The notes under the pieces: model-generated
The model's input: only the letters and a program-made list of their open reading frames with translations
What the model was told of the DNA's origin: nothing
Databases searched by the model: none
Assembly: GCA_002633005.1 (NCBI GenBank)
Contig: NMRA01000077.1
Span: 837,377 to 901,376, forward strand
Direction of reading: 5' to 3'
Origin: Phoronis australis
Lineage: Eukaryota > Animalia > Phoronida
Length of the DNA stretch: 64,000 nucleotides
Shown: positions 25,791 through 40,594 of the stretch, piece by piece
Layout: each line of letters starts with the position of its first letter
How positions within the stretch are numbered: position 1 is the first letter of the stretch
Position numbers and translations under genes: made by a program

Positions 25791-26813
25791 TGAGTGGATG
25801 GATACGTGGTTTCTCAATTTAACCTCTCAGGTTTTTTGCTGCAATAACCCATGATTTATTACATCCATTAAATTTTCAATGGTTGCGGAAAAACCATAAA
25901 CTTAGCTAAAGCATTAATAACAAACCCATTTAATATGCTGTCAGCCTACTTCTATTTTGATAGTAAGTGAGGCATTCAATATTATACAAGTTTTCAGCAT
26001 GACTTTGTTACACTGTACGAGATATTTGCTTGATTTATCACTCTGTAATGAAATGCAGTGTCTGCAATTGGTTAATTCCTGCGTGATTTGTAGACGTTCA
26101 GTGACGCACATTAACTTATGCATCACTGTTACGGTCATCTTTTACTTTCATTTTCTTTTTTGACTACCCTCATTTTTTAAATTATGGCTACTTCAATATA
26201 TTTTGCAATTTTGCTGTTCTTGTGAAGGCCAATTTGGTTTAAAAATGTGCAGTTTCACTATTTTTCTAGGTGAACAGTTCTTATACATTACCCCTCCCTT
26301 GAGAATTTTTGACATCATTATTTTCATTGATTTGACATTCTGGGTGATGAAATCTGAACAGACGATTTTTGTGGCTCAATTCCCACTTGTTTATTTAGTA
26401 ACCATGGCATAAAAGTTGGACATTGAAACTAACCTTTGAGTAGTTAGGTCGTTTAGGTTTGAAGAGTCAGAAGTCATATAGATTTGCCTAGCACTATGTA
26501 CAAACAATTTTGTGAAAACCTTTGGAAGATGAAAAATTTGGTAAGTTTAGAGTTTGTCTTCATGTGTCTGCTAAAACACAGCCTTGCTTATTTAATCAGT
26601 TAAAATGATACGGGAGGAGGCGTTCTATTCAGGCACCCTGAATGTCTTCAGTAGATAGATGAAGCTGTGCACCTCAGTGCCAGCCTACAGTTTTAGAACG
26701 TAATTTTTCATTCTTATTTCAGGATGAAATTATGATCGATAACTCTGTCATACCATTTTTAGCTATTAGTGTAATGTTTAGGAGAGCTGTTCATTTGTTT
26801 CTACCCATTCTAG

Positions 26814-27328
26814 GACTACTCTGAGATGACAGCGACTCTGGCCAAGTTGACAAACTTGTCGGCTGACGACAAGACAGAGTGTGGTATGTTGCGGTCACGA
26901 ATAGACGAACAGTCACAGCTAATTATGATACTGAAACAGCGTTGTGATGAAACGCAGGTCAAAGCCAACGCATTAGATCGTGTCCAAGATGAACTCGTGC
27001 ACTTTCGCGAACAAGCGAATGACCAACTAGAAATGGAGTTCAGGAAATACCGGACGTTAGACGCCAGGTTCAATGACCTGTCGGACAATCACATCGAGAT
27101 GATTAAGATCAAAGATGAGTATAAACTTCAAAATGAGCAGCTGAGACGAGAGATTGCAAAACTGAGAAAAGATAATGAGAATCTGTTTTCGCAGGCTGTG
27201 CAGGACAGGGATAATGAGATTGGTGATTTGCAGAGGCAAAAAACTCGACTTAAAGAGGAGATAACTCAGAAGGAATTAAAAATTGAAGATCTTAGAGAAC
27301 AGACTGCAGAGATGGTAGAAAGGTTAAA
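26814..27328 (+). CDS. CCDC89: Coiled-coil domain-containing protein 89, exon 2
   Basis: LAKLTNLSADDKTECGMLRSRIDEQSQLIMILKQR...NHIEMIKIKDEYK...ENENLFSQA-type motifs match CCDC89; tag acceptor, gtaagt donor. Confidence 0.92.
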
Positions 27329-28218
27329 GTAAGTGTGGATGGGGTTCTTGCCTAAAGATAATTACCAAGATTGTTTTATTTAAACGTCTACTGCCATGAT
27401 ACAAATAATCGAAAACTTACTGAACTGTGTTGTTTTTGACAGCCATTGGGTATGGACCTTGTAAAAGACTTCTCTTTTGGTTTCCTGCTGTGATATGAGT
27501 ATATTGGTAAAGAATTACAATTGTTGTTGGTAGTGTTGGTTTGGTTATGAATTTTGGTATTTTGATATGGGCATTGAATATTGGAGTCATTGTTTGAGTG
27601 CATCAAAATTTCTGACATGACCTTGAATTATTTCAATATTTCAGTTCATAATTACTGTTAATTTCAAGACCTTTAATTGTCCAAGTAGAGTGGACTTGGT
27701 GTAAATATCAATATGACCAAGACTGTGTCTTACTTGCCTTGGAATGTCTGTTTACAAAATTGAAAGAGAGTCATTGTCTCAGGTGTATGGGTGTTTCTTT
27801 TTGTAGTTAGTTTGCTTAGTGAACCGGCCAACATGATAGCACCTTTCTCTTTCTAGTATTTCAATGTTGTCATTAAGTGCTGCAATGTTACTAGTCTCCT
27901 TGGTCTTTTGGGACTATTAGTACACAAACAGATGTCATATCGAAATGCCATCATGAATTAATCATCTATGCTAATCTGGGATTTGATCGTTTGTCTAGGA
28001 ACTCATGCATAGTGCAATCATGAATAATTAGATTGTGATTAACTACCTGTAAATGTCCTACCTGTAACTGTCGTCATATTTCGTTGTAATAAGTGTCTTA
28101 ATTTCATACATTGAGCTGTTAAATATACTATGAACTTGAATATTTGTCTAATATGATGAACATCATGTATGTGTATGTTAAAGTAAGTAGGAGAATATTT
28201 TCCCCTGGTCAATTTTAG

Positions 28219-28316
28219 GTTTTCCGAGGAAGCAGCCAAGGAAAAAGAGACTTCTCTTCAGAATCAAGTAAAAAAGTTATCTCAACAGCTCCAAGAAAGT
28301 GCTGAGAAACTGAAAG
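28219..28316 (+). CDS. CCDC89: CCDC89 exon 3
   Basis: FSEEAAKEKETSLQNQVKKLSQQLQESAEKLK; phases fit. Confidence 0.8.
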
Positions 28317-29051
28317 GTTTGAGTTTCAACAATCTTCTCTCTCTATCAGTGCATGCCGATCACATATTTATGTTGTGAAAAGTATTGTTTGGAATAGATA
28401 CAGGGCCAGGTCCTTTTGTTAAAATTACACCTAATGTTGAAAAATTTGTAGGTCACGCATTGGTTTTACTTAGTGAAAATTCCATTTCCTCAGCTTAAAA
28501 TTCATTGCTGCCTTGATAACTTACGATAATGTATGGCGTGACTTACTGATACATCATGTGACAGTCAGGCTGTGATCGTGAACTTATCACATCACCGTTG
28601 TGGTGTTAATGAATTCTTAACTGTGTTAACACAATTTTTTAGTCAATGAACTCACTTACACATGGGTTGGTAAATTTTTTGAAAAGCTAGTAAGGTCAAA
28701 AAAGTATGTTTGGTTCTGGTCAGGGCCAAACTTGCACATGAAAGCTGACATGATGTGGCACTGGGTAAAATGTAGGGTAATAACACATTTCGACTGGCGT
28801 CAGGTCATAGTGAGAACAAAAATGGGAAGAAGGACCTGGACCCCTTTCAGCTGGGACAAAGGACACTGAGAGTCAAGAAAAGAAGTTTCCCAACTGGTTT
28901 CAGCTGAGATCATGTGACACTGGCAAGAAAAATGTGACTTTTTCTTTTTGAGAATACGGACAGCTAAAAATACTATATCAATTAAAAAACATACCAGAGC
29001 AAATTCTGCTATTTTTGGCCAACATTTAACAAAAACCCTTTCTGATTAAAG

Positions 29052-29188
29052 CTGCTTTAGCCAAACTGCAATCCCAAGAAAAACAGCGGGAGGGTGCAAG
29101 TCAAAAGGCACAGCAAGAATATGAGCAGCTTGTGAAAGAGAAAGATGATTTACTGCAACTTGCAATGCATCGTGGGAAACTCATTCAG
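29052..29188 (+). CDS. CCDC89: CCDC89 exon 4 (alternative in-frame acceptor at 29061)
   Basis: ...KEKDDLLQLAMHRGKLIQ (CCDC89 KEELLQLSIERGKVLQ). Confidence 0.85.
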
Positions 29189-31618
29189 GTTTGAACATAG
29201 TGTCTGTGCACTTGTGTGGACTGGTCAAGAAGGCTTCTGTTCTTATTGAATGTCAATTTATTTTGTAATATTGCCTTGAAAGATTGGTTGAATACCGACA
29301 GCAACATTTGACTAGTGAACATTTCCTTAACTCGTTGCTAGTTTTAAATGCTTTACTGTTTTGTAATTTTGAAATAGCTGAGATGTTTTGTCAGACAAAA
29401 ATATTATCATGCAGCCACAGATACATATATGCTAATACAGCATATTTCAGTGCCACAAACCAACCATGTTTCTAGATGGTCTCTTTGCTAACAGTTTGAC
29501 TGCATGTGACACTCTGGTCCATTCATTCTTTTCAGAAATGCTAAGCTTGCGTTCATTGTGGATCCGAAAATATGGAATGATGTCATTTACTCCATAATCC
29601 ATATGAACTAATGCAAAAAAAAAGATACAATTCATCTCAATTTTGTCACCACTCTTGCTCAGAAAATTAGCCATGTTATAAGTTTAATAAAAGACTTTAA
29701 AAAAATAGTACAATGTTTGTGTGCATTGATGGATCTCAATTCACCACAGACCAAAGTTAACGTAAATCACTAAATTTAATATTATTTATGTTTTACTTTC
29801 ATGTACCACCACTTGCACTGATTGAGAGCAGAAGCTCACTGTAGCTCAACTCATTAAAACCCTGCACAACATTGAATAGAATAAAATAGAACATGTATAG
29901 ATGCCAACAGCCTTTAAAATTTCACCCCCAATTTCATTTCCATGGATTCAGGATTTCTTCGTCCAGTACAAATTCTTGTGACGGTAGTTATTGCTGTTTT
30001 CTAGAGATAAATACTGCCAAAAGGGGGCACATAAGCCTTTCCAGTTTCAAAGCTTTTATGTTAAAAAAAATGTCCAACTGTTATGGTGTTTGTGATAAGT
30101 GTCGCATATGAGCATTGCATTATTTAATTTTCGTTAGTTTTTCAAATGTGGCCTTTAAAAAGGTCTCTTCTAACCCTGTAAAAACTGGGTCACATTCCTC
30201 AGCAAAAATGGCAGAGTATCCTCTGGTTCGTTGCTCGTAATGTAAAGACACATTGCGCTGCTCCCTTCACGTTGATAAGTACGTTGAGTTGTTACCTGTG
30301 CTCAGTTGCAAAAACAGTATGGAGCAGTATCTCAAGAACATCCATCTGAATGGTTACATCAGAGTTGCAACTGATATTCAGAACCAAATTTCTTAACAAA
30401 TTTTGCTACTGCAAAGCTATCGTCATCTCCCGAGAGATGTCGCAAATTGTTTTGAAACGGTGAGTGCATGTGTCATGAGCATACTGTTGAAAACAATGAC
30501 TTTCCTTTGTTACAAAAGAGGTATGTGCAAGAAAAAAGTGGTTAATTACATTGTTTTTAACTTAAATGGATGCAACGGGAAAGATGAGTGTCGGTTGACT
30601 CCTAGATTTGCATGCATCCACCCCCACTGGTCGTTAGTTCTACATGTTAATATAAGTTTCACTAAGAGGTGATGAGCAGAACTACCCAGGCTTCATGAAG
30701 TTTCGGGGTCGGAGGAAGCTAACACTCTGTGGTTCCTAGCTGTATTTTGACTTCTGTGTCATACAACTAGCTGGCTGGCTGAACCCATGCCATCCCCTTC
30801 GCTGTATCTTGTGTCACTGTTGCAACGAAGTTCGGTAACAACAATGTTTCACAGGCATTTTGTAGAGAAAAGTGGGTCAACACCACTCAAATGATGCAAT
30901 TAATATGATTTTCCAAGTCTCCCTGGTATTGCATTGGTCTTGATTTTGAATGTGCGGTTCCTACCCAGTAGGCAGAAGAGAACCCTGGGAAAGCAGTTCA
31001 TTTCTTGAGACATCACGCTCTATTCACCCAGGAAACAAATTTAATAGTGTACAGAACAATTATCTTCTTCAGCCAACATTGCTAAAAAACAAAGTGGGGA
31101 ATGCAGGTAACAGATCTTCTCTAGTTCAAGACGTTTCATAATCTGAAGCTGAGCAACTGTGCAACGTCAAGCTCTCGTAGTCTTGGAAACCAGCACTAGG
31201 TGGAACTGTCTTTTGACAAGAAAAGCTTTCAAATGTGGAATTCAAGCTAACAATTTTGGTTTTGCCTCCAGCACTTGGTTAATTTACAAGTTTGTTTGGT
31301 GACTAGTACCGTAAGCAATTTTAGTTATTTTGCTGTTAAAATCACAGCTAGCGCATCACCTGCCAACCAGCGGTCATTAGATTGGTCACGGGCTGCACAA
31401 GTTGGCTTACTCAAATATTTACACCAACTGATACACCAAAGAACTCTCTTCCAGATGTGTGTATTTATTCTGTAAAATGTTGTGCACGCTATACACATGC
31501 ACTTGAATGTAGCCTATATTCTCAGCGTGATAACCCTTCGAGAAGTAAGGTTGAAACCTGTTTGAAATGAAATATTTACATCAGCGACATTTACATTAAT
31601 GTTTTTGCGAGTCCAGAC

Positions 31619-31773
31619 CAGTGGCGGATTTAGAGTGGGCCAAGGGGGTCATGCCCCCCTAAAATTCTCCCAGATTCCATGTGGCAGTTGGGGGTGCAAA
31701 TGTCAGACGTGCAAAATCCTGGCTAATACTCTGCTGTGGCCCCTCCTAACTCAAAATCCTGGATCTGCCCCTG
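31619..31773. mobile_element. hAT-like MITE with 5-bp TSD
   Basis: CAGTGGCGGAT...ATCTGCCCCTG, TSD cagac. Confidence 0.8.
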
Positions 31774-32181
31774 CAGACTAACCTAGGATAGAAAGATTCG
31801 TGCTAGAAACATTAATAAGTAGTTTTCTTGTACTGGTATTTCACAGCAGTTGTCTAAAGTTTGCTAAAATTGCTGTCATCACCCATCAGATTTTATTCCC
31901 AAAATGTAAGAGGGACAATTTTTCAGAAACCGGTATTTTTTCAAACCTAAAAATATGCCATTTATTAATCATTGCACCTGGGTGCACAAATAAGGTATAT
32001 GTTGAAAAAGTCTCTGATATGTCATGTTCAAACTTTAGCCAGTTTTTCGCGTGCAGTCACTCTTTTAAGTCCTTCACTGTTATAAAACTTTGAATGTGTT
32101 TGATATTTCTATTATATAAATTTACTTTTTAAAATTAGACTATAATCAGGTGAAGTATAAACTTTAATGTTTTATTTGCAG

Positions 32182-32264
32182 GAAAAACAAAACGAGAATA
32201 AAGCATTGGAACTGAAAATTCAAAATATGCAGAAACAAGTTCAGAAAATGGAAAGTAAATTTGA
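32182..32264 (+). CDS. CCDC89: CCDC89 exon 5
   Basis: EKQNENKALELKIQNMQKQVQKMESKFE; ttgcag acceptor, gtaagt donor. Confidence 0.85.
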
Positions 32265-32669
32265 GTAAGTTCATAACATGGGGTTTCATCACACTAGTCT
32301 GTAGCCACCAAAATTCCTCCTGGTGGTATCCTAAATACAATGATTGGATTTTGTGAAAGACGTTGATAACTATCCCATGCCATTGAGGTCACACGAGGTT
32401 GGTCAGCCATCTGTGCTGTATTTGTAAAAGAATGCAATGTCTAGTCTAAGTACTAATGTTGTTTTTGCTTTTGTCAAAAATTTCTCTGTCTTTTTTGTAA
32501 GTACTTGTTTACAACATGTGGGTGTCATGAAATCCTTGGAAATTTATTTACCGGTGTATGAATATTCACAGGAATTTTCATGTGATAATTACAACCAATA
32601 ACTATTGATGGCACATGTCTTTGCGACTGAGCCAAATCACATTTTGTTACATTACAAGTTGTTTTACAG

Positions 32670-32763
32670 GACAGAAGCTGCTGAAGTGAATGCCAATCTT
32701 AAAGTGTCTAAGCTGAGTAATGAACTTAAGTTTCGCATGGACTTGTACAGATCTCTTGAACAG
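32670..32763 (+). CDS. CCDC89: CCDC89 exon 6
   Basis: TEAAEVNANLKVSKLSNEL...EQ (CCDC89 EAVAVDSNLRV); tacag acceptor, gtaagt donor. Confidence 0.88.
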
Positions 32764-35700
32764 GTAAGTGGTGAATTGCTGGGCATCCTGTTGGATTTAA
32801 TCAAAAGTGTGGTTTGTGTTAATGGAAGTGGTGTGCAACAGAAGAGCAAACAACTAGTCATTTTTTAAAATCGCTTCAGAAATTCTGAGAAACCTGTGTT
32901 TCTTTGGACTAACATGATTTTTTTGTTTAGTTCATTTGTAGTATTGCTTACCCCGTTATTTGTTTTGTAAGAGACTGGTTTGGAGCAGAAATGTTCATCC
33001 CTTCTACACGCAGTGATTGGTTTGGAGCAGAAGTGTTCATCCCTTCTACACGCTTCATTTAAAGACTTAGTTGCACTAGTTTTGTCCACAGATGTGTGTG
33101 CAATAATTTTTTCAAAATCTTATTCCTTACATGTGTAAATATGGACATTCAATATGCCGTGAAATATGCCATGAAATACGGGAATGTAGAGCCAATCTGT
33201 ATACAACAGTAGAGGGCGTATTTCACCGTTGGTGTGCAGTCTATTGGTGGAGTAAATCCGCCTGGACAACAGCAAATTTGATTGGGCTTGCTCATTTAGG
33301 TTACCTAAAACACTGATCCAAGGCATCATTTCTGAAAAAACAGTTTTACTTTTCTAAAAACTATAAACTTTCAGCAAAGGTTTTCCGATGAAAATTCAGA
33401 CACTTGGTGATCAGGTAGTTATTTTTAGGCCTTGCTACCTTTAATCTGAATCATCATAAATTGGTCAATTCCCCCAACCACAGCAGCCACAACCTAATTC
33501 AAATCAAACAAAAACGTTTTGTTATGGCTGCATACAGTATATCTACGTAAACTCAGGGCTAAGATATTTACATGAAATTGTGACCTAATATCGATCGATT
33601 TGCTTTTACTGACAATCGTCTGCTCGCAGCGTACCTCGACTCTCCTTTGTTGCTAATGTAAAATCTTCTTTTTGCCATACAGTCCTTACCTCAAGCTCTG
33701 CGAATCAGCACAGCTTCCACCTTTATTTTCCAGTGCTGCGATCAAAACAGGAGAGACATTTCTATTATCATTCCCAATCCAGAAGCAAAGACCCAAATAT
33801 AAACCTAGAAAATTAAAAAATTCATTAAAACTAAAGTGACACAGTGCTGCACAAGTTGTGTTCAGTTAATGTTTCAATTGATTCATTTCTAGATGGATTG
33901 TTCTAAGTTTCCGCCAAACTTTTAATATTAGTTAAAGATGTATTTGCATGCTCCTAACTATGCTAATGTATAGCAGAAACAAAACGACAATGCTGTTTTA
34001 ACATGAGCTACGTTAAACAAAGTGCAGTTGTATTCAACAATTGACATCTTGTAAATGTAAAAATGAAAAATTTTGCAAATAGGTGACCTTAACACTAGTT
34101 ACGTACATTGTGGGCTCAATTGCTGTGTTATTCCCTAGCGCCACATCATGATACTTACTGGACTCAGTTCATTGATTTGCAGTGGATCATTTTTTGGCAA
34201 CAAAACTCGTTTTTAAAAAGAATTGACAACTTTCAACCTACTTCATATTCACATCATTGCTATATGTTGTGTTTGTAACTAATTTAGCCAAGCAATCATT
34301 GACATAAGGAATTAGCATACTCTTTTATGGTTCATTGTTTAAAGTTGTTGAGAATCTTGTGAAATTAAGCTTTACCTAGTTCACAGATAATCGTGTCACG
34401 TAACTGACGTGGGTAGGCTTGACGTCACAAGCCAAAGTACATGGTAACAAGATATCACCACGATGAAAATTAGTTCTACACAAGTGCGTGCACATGCACA
34501 CNNNNNNNNNNNNNNNNNNNNNNNNNNNNNNNNNNNNNNNNNNNNNNNNNNNNNNNNNNNNNNNCACACACATACACCACACATAAACCCGCATGCATGG
34601 ATTATCATACAAACAGGAATGCTATTGTGATATTCATTTTCGAATGCATTTCATTTGTTTGCAAAGTTGTATGAGTGTCATAGTTTCTTGTTCATCATGC
34701 TCCATATTTCATACTTATAATAAATCTAAGAACCTTCCTAACAAGTTCTGTATCATAGAACTTTACAGATGTTTCCAATTAATCGTTATAAAGGTGCATT
34801 TTTTCTTGTTCAAAGAATGCAGGCCTGGTAAAGACCTTTGCTACCAAGGTTCACGTTTCTTCACATAGTTTCTTTATTGCATAAAACCATTTTTTAAATC
34901 CTTGGTAAGCAAAGAAACATTTGTATGATCGTAGTTCCTGGATATTTGTATTCACATGTGTATTTTTGTTTAAAAGATTGTATTGTTTACGGAGATCAAC
35001 ATAACTTTTGTAATTGTGAAAATTTAAAAAACTTGCAAATTTTGTCTATTCATTCTATTGGCTACAAAAGTGTGTCTGAGATTTTCTTTTTATGGCCCAA
35101 TTGCCTGATATCTGAGCTGGTGAAAATGAAGACTTTCAAATTTGTGGAATTTTCTTTTCATTTATATCCGGAGTATGTATAAGTGCAGTAGATAATATTT
35201 CTGCCCAGAAACTGTGGAATGTTAAAGGCTTTATGTTCTGGAACTAAAAGGCCTTAAAGAAGATCCTAGACTCACTTTTGTAGCTTATAGGACAAATCAA
35301 TAGTATTTGCAAATTTCTTTAGTGAAAATGTTTACATTAATGTGGAATTTACAACAATCTCTGTAAAAAGTAGAATTTTTAGAAAATACATGGTCACGGA
35401 CTAAAAATTTAGTTTCTTTGCTTGACATGGGTTTTTAAAAAAATATAAATGGGGTTTCGTGGATTATTTTAGAAACTATTTACAGAAATGTGATGGAGGT
35501 AGCAACAAGTCAAGTTGCTATATTAATTTATTTGCACACGACGCCTCCATATATGATCTGGTGTTACTGGTTGATCATCTAGTGCTTACCAAACGTACAC
35601 GTTCAGTTGTGGTGCTTATAAGTATAGATACACATTCAGTTGTGCTTATAAGTACAGATACACGTTCATCTGTGGTTCTTGTATTGGAGATACACATTCA

Positions 35701-36502
35701 GTTGTCATATTTTTGTGCAGGAATATTGTGAGAAGCAGTAGTAGGTATGAAGATTGTGTCACCAGTGTCTCACGCTATCCTGAACAAAATGGAAATAATT
35801 TTACGTATTCCTGGTATGGCTGGGAGTTATGAATTTGAATAAGTGTCAGTCTATGTTTAGGCATGTATTTTGATCAGATTTTAATGCAGCAATAAACCTG
35901 TCTTCCATTACTAAACAACTTTTGATTTAGACCACTTACTGTGATGAAATTGGTCTTGAATTGTTCCTTAATCAAACTGGATGTAATTTCAAGGCATTGA
36001 AAGAACTGAAAGTTTATTGTTGCTTAAGATTAGGCTGGCTGCAGATTGGCTTGTCACTGTGTGACACTTTAGGCTGACTACACATTGGCTTGTCACTGTG
36101 TGTCACTTTAGGTGCCAACCATGATCTTCAAGAATAATGAAATATCAGTTCTTTGCAAAACCAGAAATTCTCATCTAATAAAGGAGCAAACTGAGACCAA
36201 TTTGTTAGCTGTCCAAAATCTAAGTTTATGTCGTGGATGGAACATGGGTCATAGCTGCTTTAAATATTGCAAGTTCATTTAGCACTCTCTAAAAATGTTG
36301 TAGTTTGATGGCCACAAATGTTTCTGTCACAATGTAATGTTGTTCATGTATTGATATCACAGTCACAATGATAACATGTGTTGTACCGTAAAACCCACCG
36401 ACAGCACCATCTCTTGAAAACTGGTGTCTAGAATATCTGATACTAATGTCCGTCATAGAACTGGAAAATGTGCAACCAAGTAAATAAAATGTGAAATTCA
36501 AG

Positions 36503-36878
36503 AAATGATCAAGATAATGCGCACTGTAGATACAAATGATCAAGGTAATGCACACTATAGATACAAATGATCAAGATAGTGCGCACTATATATACAAATG
36601 ATCAAGATAATGCGCATTATAGATACAAATGATCAAGATAATGCACATTATAGATACAAATGATCAAGATAATGCGCATTATAGATACAAATGATCAAGA
36701 TAATGCGCATTATAGATACAAATGATCAAGATAATGCGCATTATAGATACAAATGATCAAGATAATGCGCATTATAGATACAAATGATCAAGATAATGCG
36801 CATTATAGATACAAATGATCAAGATAATGCGCATTAGAGATACAAATGATCAAGATAATGCGCATTATACATACAAAA
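36503..36878. repeat. ~31-bp minisatellite, about 12 copies
   Basis: (aaatgatcaagataatgcgcattatagatac)n. Confidence 0.95.
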
Positions 36879-37483
36879 TGCTGTTGCCGGAGACAAAACT
36901 CTGAGGTAGATACTAGGTTGACCATAATTTTTGTGGCTTTAGGAGCTTCCAATTATTTTAAACTTCAGACTGTTACAAAATTGCGTCATTGTTGCAAAAA
37001 CAAATTTGAAATGGTCTTCAGTTTCACTGGGTAGGGCTTAGTACACATTTAACAAACTAAAACACCTAGTCATAGAAGAAGCAATTGTGAAAATATTTTT
37101 TCAACTAGCATTTAAATGCGTGTGTAATGTCTCTGATCTGTGAGTGCAAGTCATGGCAGTTCAATGTCTAGTCAATCAATTTTTGTTTGTCATCAAAGAT
37201 GAAGTGAATTGAGATAAAATATGTCAATAAAACCAGCTTGAATGTTTCTACGTTTACTGAAACACCGTCATCATAAGAAAAAAAAACACAAGTAATGAAA
37301 CACAGACACAGGAGAAACAACAAAGGAGCGTAAAATTCGTCGGGCCCTACTCATCCATTGGTGCAAGCCCAGTCTCAATAGCCTACTTTCTCACCACAGG
37401 TTGTCATTGTTAGTCTAGTCTATTGTCACTGACTGCGTTTCATTACTTGTTGTTGGGCCCACCAAGGTGACCTCTGTTTTTTT

Positions 37484-37528
37484 CTTCTGATGATGATAAT
37501 GTTTCATTAAACGCCGAAACATGTCAAG
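37484..37528 (+). ncRNA. Minimal type I hammerhead ribozyme-like motif
   Basis: ctt-CTGATGA-stem II-GAAAC-AT-GTC-aag; degenerate inverted copy at ~37237-37278. Confidence 0.55.
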
Positions 37529-37626
37529 CCGGTTTAAATCCGTTTGTTTTTATTAACATATGCTGCTACTTGCTGTCATAAAGAATGAGATAATTGTAGC
37601 AGCATTAAAGGTCATTATATTTTCAG

Positions 37627-37713
37627 GAATTTTGTGCCTACAAGAAACACACCAATGAACTGCTCAAGACAGAAAGGGATTTAAACGAACGGTTGAGGAT
37701 GCTGAACCATTAA
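37627..37713 (+). CDS. CCDC89: CCDC89 terminal exon
   Basis: EFCAYKKHTNELLKTERDLNERLRMLNH* (CCDC89 [26 protein letters not shown]). Confidence 0.92.
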   Translation, partial: EFCAYKKHTNELLKTERDLNERLRMLNH

Positions 37714-40594
37714 CTGGATGCCGTTGCTTGTCCAAGACTTGTGAAGGTGACCACTTGTTGTCGTTGGCAAGTTTTTCTGTAGACTGGTGTATTCATGCTG
37801 GTTCATTTTTGTCATAAATTGTTTGAACAATACAAGTGATTTGAAAATATTATCAACCAAAAACTTCTGGAACTAACTTAAAATGTACACCCAACATTTA
37901 GGAGCCATCTGCCTACTTGTACGATGTGAATAGCAGCTGTCTGATTTCTGCGAGTTTTGATTTTTGCGTTGCCCTTAGTTGATGTTTATAAACAATTCCA
38001 GAGCTGACAAGTATGTGTCAGACAAGATAAATCTGATGCTACTGATTTCCAGACGTCTTTGGATGAAGTACTGGATGAGGGATAATGTCCATTGTGTTTA
38101 AAAATTACTTGCATTTTGTTCACAGTGCATGTTATGAGTGCTGCGTGAATCTCACACCTGGAACAAGCAACAAGTTCTAAACATTTTTTGACATCGTAAA
38201 ATGCCAAAAATTTTTAATTAGAACACTTCCTTCTATAAAATTGGTTTGACCTTGATCAGTAATCTGGAGATGACAGGGCTTTTAGGCTTTGAAAGCATTG
38301 TGGCTGAAAATAGACTGGTTTTCTTACCAAATGCCGAGATGGAATTTGTATGTCACATTGGGACTTTTAAGAATTTCTTCCACTTTCAATTGAATGCTAG
38401 ATGGTCAGATGTGATAAGTGCACTGGCCAGGAGTCATATGGTATGCACAAGTGTAGTGTGCAAAATAACTGGCACTGTAACCAGGTGAAATTTTTTTGTG
38501 AGACAGTGGACATCTCTCATGGACAAATTGACAAATCAAGTAACTGGTGCCAGTAGTGTTCACCTCATCATTCAAGTTGTTTTGTGGTAGAATAACTTAC
38601 CTGGAAACAAGTGATGCTCATTTTGTGGTCATGTAAATGAGGCATTACAACTGTCCTGTTGTATTGTTGGTCAATTCATGTTTTTAAAGATTTAATTTCT
38701 ATTTTTATTGTTATTTTGAATTTTCAGAGTCTATGTCTAATGCCCTTGTCATGGAAATATGCATTAAAAATTATTGCAAAAAATGTTCTCACTAATGATG
38801 TAGCCTTGTTCAATCACTTTTCTCCACAATTTCCTCACTACCTTTTGTCAGGCTAGAGCAATTCCATTTATTTTTACATGTTCCCAGAAACACATTCCTT
38901 CTACTCGGCCATTTCTGACCATTGTCATGCATCTCAGGCACTCAACATACATAATACACGTCATGTGTGCATAACAGGTACCCTTTCACAGGGTCACGCA
39001 AACAGCCTTGTACGTAGTTCCTACATTTTTGCTGAACGCTGTAGGTCAAAAGCCTTTGTGTTGGAGGTGCATCCTAGGTGCAGTGATGTACAATAGTCTG
39101 TTACCACTCTGGTCTTCAGGTACTTCTTATAGACGTCATCAGGAATAAAAATTATTAGTATTCTCGGTGTAACAATTTTTTAAAACAGCCCCTGCTTAGC
39201 TCGGTATCTGGCCACTTGAAATGAACAAAACTAGTGTATATTTCCATCAGTTAGTAATATGAATGAAATAAGATTTAGTTACAAAATTGTCCTACTCGAA
39301 AATTTGAATAGACAGTTTTCTTATTCTATTGTTTTTATATTTATTTTCATTTTATCTTATTTAATTTTATTATTAACTTCATTGAAAATATATTGATGTG
39401 AATAATTTAGAATATTATTTATTGATATTGGAATTGAACCTTCCTATTTTTGTCACCAAGCATTGACTATATTGCAAACATAATTTATACGAATAAGTCA
39501 GGATGCCATTTTTAAATATCTAAAAAATTCTTGTGTAATTTGATTTTCACCAGGCATCGACTATGTTGAAAACATGTATTGTATAGTACGTCACTTTCAA
39601 ATATATTTTCTTTGCAGCTGATTATAAGTGCTACTAGGAACACCACCATCCAAACGTGTGGACTTTTGAATTATTTGCCTTTCTGTATCATGTTGTTGTA
39701 CTATTTTCTCAACTCTTTATTGTAGCCAAGGCATTTATTGCAAATCTCTTTTCAACCATATCCTGTATGGTACAATGTAATGCACTCTTCTAAGCTAATT
39801 AAGTCAAAGCTGAAACTTCAAATTCAATTACACCGAGTTAGCATTGGTGAATCTTCCTGTTCAATGGATGTATGAACTTGGTTTGTGTTAGCATTGGTGA
39901 ATCTTCCTGTTCAATGGATGTATGAACTTGGTTTGTGTTATCATGTGTAATTAGACACACAGCTCAAATGAAGTGTGACTACTCAAAAAACGTGAACCAC
40001 GGCAAGATGGCGCTGAATTGAGCTTTAACATTTATAGTTCAGTTGTGTCAGTTAATCGTGCAATATCACATACCAGTGGATCATTATATTTTTATTTTTA
40101 TTGTTCTCTTCAAGCTTATCACCAGTAAGCTGAAGAGATCCAACTACTGAACAAACGAAACACTTGCTTATTGTGAGAATTAAATCCTATCCAGCGAAAA
40201 CAATGGCTGTCAGAATGAAAGAGAGCGAGACTAATACAAGAGCGTTATGTGACAGACTGGCGTACGTGGTAGTGAATTGAAGTGACGTGTTCCATCATAT
40301 TTATCTTATTGTCATGTTATTTTGTATTTGTGAATAAACTTTCATCTTTCATCCATTTTGTTGTTCCCTGAAACAACATAGTTCGGTCGCAGTACTTCAT
40401 CAACACAATCAACCTTGAAACAATAAAGACATTGTGTAAGCAGAGCAGAAATTTTTCAAACCACACAAGAAGTCACATCTTCCATCACAAAAACTTCACT
40501 TTTAGATCAATCACTGCAATTTTTTCTTTTACTTAGTAAATCACCTTAGCTTCAGAGCTGGAAAAAGAATGGATCTTCATTATTGCTTGAGACC

